This document shows, one piece after another, positions 63,301 through 64,000 of a DNA stretch of 64,000 bases. The notes beneath the pieces are model-generated. The model had not been told where the DNA came from. It saw nothing but the letters and a program-made list of their open reading frames with translations, and searched no databases. This DNA is from Azolla caroliniana (lineage: Eukaryota > Plantae > Polypodiophyta), in NCBI GenBank assembly GCA_043228905.1, contig JBHGNT010000014.1, positions 18,352,001 to 18,416,000 on the forward strand, read 5' to 3'. The translations under genes were made by a program, and so were the position numbers. The first letter of the stretch is position 1; every line of letters starts with the position of its first letter.

Positions 63301-64000
63301 GTAGGCATCTCCTGATGTGCGGTGCTCCTCTGAAAGATGCTCCGTTTTCTTAATGTCTCCGCAGTCCGTTTCGACAAAATCTCTCGGCTGTTCTTCTCTT
63401 TGTAGATATTCTGAGCTCTGTTGTTGCGCTTCAGCACTCTGGTCTGGTACAGAGAGCTCATCTTGATGACCATAGGTGCCTTCTTGGTTTTCTGGAACAT
63501 TGATCTCCGGCTGAGTTTTAATTGTATGTTCCTGCTGTGAGATTTCTTGGTGACCTATGGAACTCACAGTGAGCAGGTTGTGGTCGATGAGTTCAGGCTG
63601 TATTTGGTCTATGAGATCGTCCGATTTTTGTTGGTCTTCAATTACATGCTCGGCTGCTTTGAACTCATCGTGCTCACTTCCCTGAAAGTCTTCCTGCTCT
63701 TCCCCTTTTTGAACATCTTCGGATGTGTCTTGGTCTTGAGGAAATGGTGTTTGTATACTTGCAGCAGTGAGTCCATCTGCGGGAGCTTCTGGTATATGTT
63801 CTGTAGGATGCGCGGCTGTGATGAACACATCGCAGTCACCTGGGGTAACATCTTTGTGATGTTCTTCTCCTGTTGTATCTTCTGACGCATGTTGCTGTTC
63901 AGCCGTGTGGCTTAGCCCATCGAAATCATCTTGATCACGATCCAGGGATTCCTGGTTCGCTGCAAGGTTGATCTCCTCAACACTTTTAGCTGTATGTTCT
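42388..64000 (-). CDS. Giant acidic (E/D/Q/H/T-rich) tandem-repeat protein, >7,200 aa in a single open frame; start lies beyond the window
   Basis: No stop codon in 21.6 kb, including ~6.4 kb of diverged, non-identical repeats whose indels keep the frame. The ORF caller's start at 63828 is an internal GTG (Val) of the repeat. Confidence 0.85.
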   Translation of the reverse strand, partial: EHTAKSVEEINLAANQESLDRDQDDFDGLSHTAEQQHASEDTTGEEHHKDVTPGDCDVFITAAHPTEHIPEAPADGLTAASIQTPFPQDQDTSEDVQKGEEQEDFQGSEHDEFKAAEHVIEDQQKSDDLIDQIQPELIDHNLLTVSSIGHQEISQQEHTIKTQPEINVPENQEGTYGHQDELSVPDQSAEAQQQSSEYLQREEQPRDFVETDCGDIKKTEHLSEEHRTSGDAYEELPHADTVDAPSDGVTLLGIKDQFPEEQETSGDAQCEEEQKDSAASDRDELEAIVRPPQEQQTSDDSTEEVHDELKEDNLLHADLIASQEIKEGVPANQATLYRDEDELNVLNRMAEEQHTSPLITTHEEQKDFAARDFDELTITARPSEDRHPSEDIQHPEQNELLPAHILDAPEDVVLPLRKEEPLAEQQEASTYLQKEEQKDFEASDLNENKGYPLKERQTSEYSIEEENTEFIIETPPNVDTMGRQEITPEEHTAKSVEEINLAANQESLDRDQDDFDGLSHTAEQQHASEDTTGEEHHKDVTPGDCDVFITAAHPTEHIPEAPADGLTAASIQTPFPQDQDTSEDVQKGEEQEDFQGSEHDEFKAAEHVIEDQQKSDDLIDQIQPELIDHNLLTVSSIGHQEISQQEHTIKTQPEINVPENQEGTYGHQDELSVPDQSAEAQQQSSEYLQREEQPRDFVETDCGDIKKTEHLSEEHRTSGDAYEELPHADTVDAPSDGVTLLGIKDQFPEEQETSGDAQCEEEQKDSAASDRDELEAIVRPPQEQQTSDDSTEEVHDELKEDNLLHADLIASQEIKEGVPANQATLYRDEDELNVLNRMAEEQHTSPLITTHEEQKDFAARDFDELTITARPSEDRHPSEDIQHPEQNELLPAHILDAPEDVVLPLRKEEPLAEQQEASTYLQKEEQKDFEASDLNENKGYPLKERQTSEYSIEEENTEFIIETPPNVDTMGRQEITPEEHTAKSVEEINLAANQESLDRDQDDFDGLSHTAEQQHASEDTTGEEHHKDVTPGDCDVFITAAHPTEHIPEAPADGLTAASIQTPFPQDQDTSEDVQKGEEQEDFQGSEHDEFKAAEHVIEDQQKSDDLIDQIQPELIDHNLLTVSSIGHQEISQQEHTIKTQPEINVPENQEGTYGHQDELSVPDQSAEAQQQSSEYLQREEQPRDFVETDCGDIKKTEHLSEEHRTSGDAYEELPHADTVDAPSDGVTLLGIKDQFPEEQETSGDAQCEEEQKDSAASDRDELEAIVRPPQEQQTSDDSTEEVHDELKEDNLLHADLIASQEIKEGVPANQATLYRDEDELNVLNRMAEEQHTSPLITTHEEQKDFAARDFDELTITARPSEDRHPSEDIQHPEQNELLPAHILDAPEDVVLPLRKEEPLAEQQEASTYLQKEEQKDFEASDLNENKGYPLKERQTSEYSIEEENTEFIIETPPNVDTMGRQEITPEEHTAKSVEEINLAANQESLDRDQDDFDGLSHTAEQQHASEDTTGEEHHKDVTPGDCDVFITAAHPTEHIPEAPADGLTAASIQTPFPQDQDTSEDVQKGEEQEDFQGSEHDEFKAAEHVIEDQQKSDDLIDQIQPELIDHNLLTVSSIGHQEISQQEHTIKTQPEINVPENQEGTYGHQDELSVPDQSAEAQQQSSEYLQREEQPRDFVETDCGDIKKTEHLSEEHRTSGDAYEELPHADTVDAPSDGVTLLGIKDQFPEEQETSGDAQCEEEQKDSAASDRDELEAIVRPPQEQQTSDDSTEEVHDELKEDNLLHADLIASQEIKEGVPANQATLYRDEDELNVLNRMAEEQHTSPLITTHEEQKDFAARDFDELTITARPSEDRHPSEDIQHPEQNELLPAHILDAPEDVVLPLRKEEPLAEQQEASTYLQKEEQKDFEASDLNENKGYPLKERQTSEYSIEEENTEFIIETPPNVDTMGRQEITPEEHTAKSVEEINLAANQESLDRDQDDFDGLSHTAEQQHASEDTTGEEHHKDVTPGDCDVFITAAHPTEHIPEAPADGLTAASIQTPFPQDQDTSEDVQKGEEQEDFQGSEHDEFKAAEHVIEDQQKSDDLIDQIQPELIDHNLLTVSSIGHQEISQQEHTIKTQPEINVPENQEGTYGHQDELSVPDQSAEAQQQSSEYLQREEQPRDFVETDCGDIKKTEHLSEEHRTSGDAYEELPHADTVDAPSDGVTLLGIKDQFPEEQETSGDAQCEEEQKDSAASDRDELEAIVRPPQEQQTSDDSTEEVHDELKEDNLLHADLIASQEIKEGVPANQATLYRDEDELNVLNRMAEEQHTSPLITTHEEQKDFAARDFDELTITARPSEDRHPSEDIQHPEQNELLPAHILDAPEDVVLPLRKEEPLAEQQEASTYLQKEEQKDFEASDLNENKGYPLKERQTSEYSIEEENTEFIIETPPNVDTMGRQEITPEEHTAKSVEEINLAANQESLDRDQDDFDGLSHTAEQQHASEDTTGEEHHKDVTPGDCDVFITAAHPTEHIPEAPADGLTAASIQTPFPQDQDTSEDVQKGEEQEDFQGSEHDEFKAAEHVIEDQQKSDDLIDQIQPELIDHNLLIVSSIGHQEISQQEHTIKTQPEINVPENQEGTYGHQDELSVPDQSAEAQQQSSEYLQREEQPRDFVETDCGDIKKTEHLSEEHRTSGDAYEELPHADTVDAPSDGVTLLGIKDQFPEEQETSGDAQCEEEQKDSAASDRDELEAIVRPPQEQQTSDDSTEEVHDELKEDNLLHADLIASQEIKEGVPANQATLYRDEDELNVLNRMAEEQHTSPLITTHEEQKDFAARDFDELTITARPSEDRHPSEDIQHPEQNELLPAHILDAPEDVVLPLRKEEPLAEQQEASTYLQKEEQKDFEASDLNENKGYPLKERQTSEYSIEEENTEFIIETPPNVDTMGRQEITPEEHTAKSVEEINLAANQESLDRDQDDFDGLSHTAEQQHASEDTTGEEHHKDVTPGDCDVFITAAHPTEHIPEAPADGLTAASIQTPFPQDQDTSEDVQKGEEQEDFQGSEHDEFKAAEHVIEDQQKSDDLIDQIQPELIDHNLLTVSSIGHQEISQQEHTIKTQPEINVPENQEGTYGHQDELSVPDQSAEAQQQSSEYLQREEQPRDFVETDCGDIKKTEHLSEEHRTSGDAYEELPHADTVDAPSDGVTLLGIKDQFPEEQETSGDAQCEEEQKDSAASDRDELEAIVRPPQEQQTSDDSTEEVHDELKEDNLLHADLIASQEIKEGVPANQATLYRDEDELNVLNRMAEEQHTSPLITTHEEQKDFAARDFDELTITARPSEDRHPSEDIQHPEQNELLPAHILDAPEDVVLPLRKEEPLAEQQEASTYLQKEEQKDFEASDLNENKGYPLKERQTSEYSIEEENTEFIIETPPNVDTMGRQEITPEEHTAKSVEEINLAANQESLDRDQDDFDGLSHTAEQQHASEDTTGEEHHKDVTPGDCDVFITAAHPTEHIPEAPADGLTAASIQTPFPQDQDTSEDVQKGEEQEDFQGSEHDEFKAAEHVIEDQQKSDDLIDQIQPELIDHNLLTVSSIGHQEISQQEHTIKTQPEINVPENQEGTYGHQDELSVPDQSAEAQQQSSEYLQREEQPRDFVETDCGDIKKTEHLSEEHRTSGDAYEELPHADTVDAPSDGVTLLGIKDQFPEEQETSGDAQCEEEQKDSAASDRDELEAIVRPPQEQQTSDDSTEEVHDELKEDNLLHADLIASQEIKEGVPANQATLYRDEDELNVLNRMAEEQHTSPLITTHEEQKDFAARDFDELTITARPSEDRHPSEDIQHPEQNELLPAHILDAPEDVVLPLRKEEPLAEQQEASTYLQKEEQKDFEASDLNENKGYPLKERQTSEYSIEEENTEFIIETPPNVDTMGRQEITPEEHTAKSVEEINLAANQESLDRDQDDFDGLSHTAEQQHASEDTTGEEHHKDVTPGDCDVFITAAHPTEHIPEAPADGLTAASIQTPFPQDQDTSEDVQKGEEQEDFQGSEHDEFKAAEHVIEDQQKSDDLIDQIQPELIDHNLLTVSSIGHQEISQQEHTIKTQPEINVPENQEGTYGHQDELSVPDQSAEAQQQSSEYLQREEQPRDFVETDCGDIKKTEHLSEEHRTSGDAYEELPHADTVDAPSDGVTLLGIKDQFPEEQETSGDAQCEEEQKDSAASDRDELEAIVRPPQEQQTSDDSTEEVHDELKEDNLLHADLIASQEIKEGVPANQATLYRDEDELNVLNRMAEEQHTSPLITTHEEQKDFAARDFDELTITARPSEDRHPSEDIQHPEQNELLPAHILDAPEDVVLPLRKEEPLAEQQEASTYLQKEEQKDFEASDLNENKGYPLKERQTSEYSIEEENTEFIIETPPNVDTMGRQEITPEEHTAKSVEEINLAANQESLDRDQDDFDGLSHTAEQQHASEDTTGEEHHKDVTPGDCDVFITAAHPTEHIPEAPADGLTAASIQTPFPQDQDTSEDVQKGEEQEDFQGSEHDEFKAAEHVIEDQQKSDDLIDQIQPELIDHNLLIVSSIGHQEISQQEHTIKTQPEINVPENQEGTYGHQDELSVPDQSAEAQQQSSEYLQREEQPRDFVETDCGDIKKTEHLSEEHRTSGDAYEELPHADTVDAPSDGVTLLGIKDQFPEEQETSGDAQCEEEQKDSAASDRDELEAIVRPPQEQQTSDDSTEEVHDELKEDNLLHADLIASQEIKEGVPANQATLYRDEDELNVLNRMAEEQHTSPLITTHEEQKDFAARDFDELTITARPSEDRHPSEDIQHPEQNELLPAHILDAPEDVVLPLRKEEPLAEQQEASTYLQKEEQKDFEASDLNENKGYPLKERQTSEYSIEEENTEFIIETPPNVDTMGRQEITPEEHTAKSVEEINLAANQESLDRDQDDFDGLSHTAEQQHASEDTTGEEHHKDVTPGDCDVFITAAHPTEHIPEAPADGLTAASIQTPFPQDQDTSEDVQKGEEQEDFQGSEHDEFKAAEHVIEDQQKSDDLIDQIQPELIDHNLLIVSSIGHQEISQQEHTIKTQPEINVLGNEETIDHDKKEFDVLKHTKQHTSQDITGEEEQKDLFTTDCDEFLKTGHSSEEQHTSQDIPQEERNELPYAHILAAPAETVTPVCMKEEFAKDQETSEDFQIQEVKEDFQGNDHDEFNGVEHSAIDQQTSEDIRVEVHHELKEDNQLNVNPIGHQEITQGEHTAKSIQDINVLANEKSIGSDQDELDVLNHSAEQKHFAASDCDEITTTGHRFEEQHTSVDSQQEEHNELPAHAVTHVGKEEPFAGDQETSEHFQIEEQEDLQGIYHDEFKVIELPSIEQQRLEDIRDEVDQKLKDENPQIFNLIRHQEASDEEHTDRSLQQINVPVNQETIHSDQDKLYVPKHSAEEQYSSQYISTEEEQKDFTPNEKGQFKAIGHPSKEQQISEDIQQEEQNEPPHVYIVDAPADVITPVGVNEDFAEDQENLEDAQKEEQTDFEEIGQDEFKGVRHPATELQKSEDIKDEIHRELKEDDPLIVNLIGHQEILQEEHPAKSIQEINVPGNQETIYSDQVEFHVLKHTTEEDQTSEEQTDLAITDCDEFTTTGHAAEEQHTSEDIQQEEQNELPYAHIVDAPADTVTPVGIKEQFAEDQETSEDVQKEDVEEDYQGSHRDEFKGVGHAAKDQQTLDGREEVHHELKEDNQLIVNPIGHQEITQDEHTTKTIQEINILANLKSMDSDQDEFDVLKHSAEEQHRSQEISNEEGQKDFAVSDCDEFTTTGHRSEEQHTSEDSQQEEVSQEEHTAKSLQEINVPANKETMTSDQDELNVANESAEEQHTSGDIISEKVQNNFAARVWDEFQAIGHPSEENHTSENIHQEEQSEHTHTHTVDAPIDITPVGIEEQSAEDQKTSEDVQKEEQQDFKVSEHNEFNVAGNTANPELIDENPQIVNLIGHQEVSDREHKAKSLQTINVPANQETIHSDQDELDVLKHSAEEQYSSQDISTEEEQKDFTPNEKGQFKAIGHPSKEQQISEDIQQEEQNEPPHVYIVDAPADVVTPVGVNEEFAEDQETLEDAQKEEQTDFEEIGQDEFKGVRHPATEQKSEDIKDDEQKVFRGIDTVETQEFSPAHIVASAEFLELRNEIQEVITKEMKAEIDSGSAFNEVTVPEVAIRNQEEKEAHTIEEILPDEEQVQEHAKTFPAINQHLDALNLEISEDQPEPLENTTKSTRVTDDQESTYPCMEREINQELENEPPGSTGSEECLEQRGEMQEVTPQETKPQIVSGRTVNEVTVPEIAIRNDEEEKTHTSEEILASKVTRIEVLKGDLQDREQVQVHVEIIKAINQHTVAQEITEVQPEQWGNTTEFTRVGKKEESIYLHTEHEINEELENKPPENTISEECLEKINEIRDVMHQERKPEINSGITFVEVTIPEVSNDDGKEAHKNEDILAPKVTGIEEEFKRDLQAGEQIQDHVEIIPALDRHRDAKVLEIAEDQAEQLDNTTKSTNIGEQQEENVINPFKSTLDTSACESILENVEDSMTSEESENTHPQANEVPAPLDHLDHQLEEHNLQTLKRRVEQEVIQEHQQDNTGIDVENKPWAATIKVVKEVEVQTVKSTEGTSALTTGPETSTQNSPLKEVSQKCVEIKADAEESSVNTFKPTLNSFDSESILENVEVSKTSEESDSTHSQVHEVPPPFDCLHYQWEEYNLEILKQRGEQKVIQEHLDNNTQKDVEAKTWTETNNEVEEVEVQTAKSTEVTSASPIIPETHTENRTIGEVSQKFVEIKAGAEENVSNTFKPTLEIYASESVMETVEASMTSEEMHDTLSRENELPPILDHLDRQLEEHNLQTLKRRVEQELIQGRQQDNTGIDMEDKSWAETINEVEEVEVQTATSTEVTSASPIIPPMCTESSPMGEDTQKCVEISAGAEENAINTFKPTLDTSAPESVMETIETSMTSEELHDTLSQVEEVPAQFDHQDQRLEEHNLETLKQRIEQEVIQEHQQGNTRIDVEDKTWEKTINEVEELEVQTVKSTEVTYPLPRIPETCTEYSPMREDTQKHVDIKADTEENAINTSKPTLDTSASESVLENVEASVASEELHDILAQVDEVPAPNTDRQLEEHNLQILKHRVEQEVIEDYRDNNKQSFDTAIEEDEIPILIEQLDLPLEKDNMRIEDQQKRGIQEEGNLTVMEVNAALPEQIEHTTR
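42600..44480 (-). repeat. ~417-bp (139-aa) coding repeat, ~5 diverged copies
   Basis: EENxINTFKPTLDTSASES..TSEE..QLEEHNLxTLKxRxEQEVIQ recurs at ~42761, 43178, 43595, 44012 and 44429. Confidence 0.85.
48825..64000 (-). repeat. Tandem array of 1467-bp (489-codon) units, >=10.3 copies, near-identical
   Basis: Shadow ORFs recur with an exact 1467 period (48877, 50344, 51811 ... 63547). The only variant I saw is A at 48899, 50366 and 56234 versus G elsewhere (Ile/Thr). Confidence 0.98.

Noticed and set aside
48877-63890. Recurrent 82-207 aa ORFs on both strands
   Set aside because: Shadow frames of the 1467-bp coding repeat, not separate genes.
48825-64000. CRISPR-like or purely non-coding satellite interpretation of the array
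   Set aside because: There are no unique spacers, the period is a multiple of 3, and the frame stays open through the diverged flank.

Overview
Land-plant nuclear DNA. A non-seed plant such as a fern or lycophyte is likely, inferred from the Tcn1-type chromovirus, the PLS-class PPR gene and abundant (CT)n tracts; this is not proven. From left to right the window holds: the 3' part of a multi-exon PRP40A splicing-factor gene (+), an intronless PLS/E-class PPR gene (+), and an old chromovirus pol relic. Next is a ~13 kb chain of inserts, each bounded on both sides by (CT)n/(GA)n: a tRNA-like piece, a 3'-truncated U6 snRNA copy, a 5'-truncated L1-like LINE and a full-length decayed L1-like LINE. 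The full-length LINE is interrupted by a very young, intact Ty3/gypsy chromovirus with 461-bp LTRs and a GTATG target-site duplication. That element shows a self-priming PBS, a -1 frameshift cassette and an antisense tRNA-like A/B-box module in its LTR. A GC-rich low-complexity orphan ORF (-) follows. The last third is a single uninterrupted >21.6-kb ORF (-) encoding a >7,200-aa acidic protein. It contains at least 10.3 nearly identical 1467-bp (489-aa) higher-order repeats and runs off the window end. The most notable observations are the apparent (GA)n-microsatellite-targeted retrotransposition system and the giant repeat protein.
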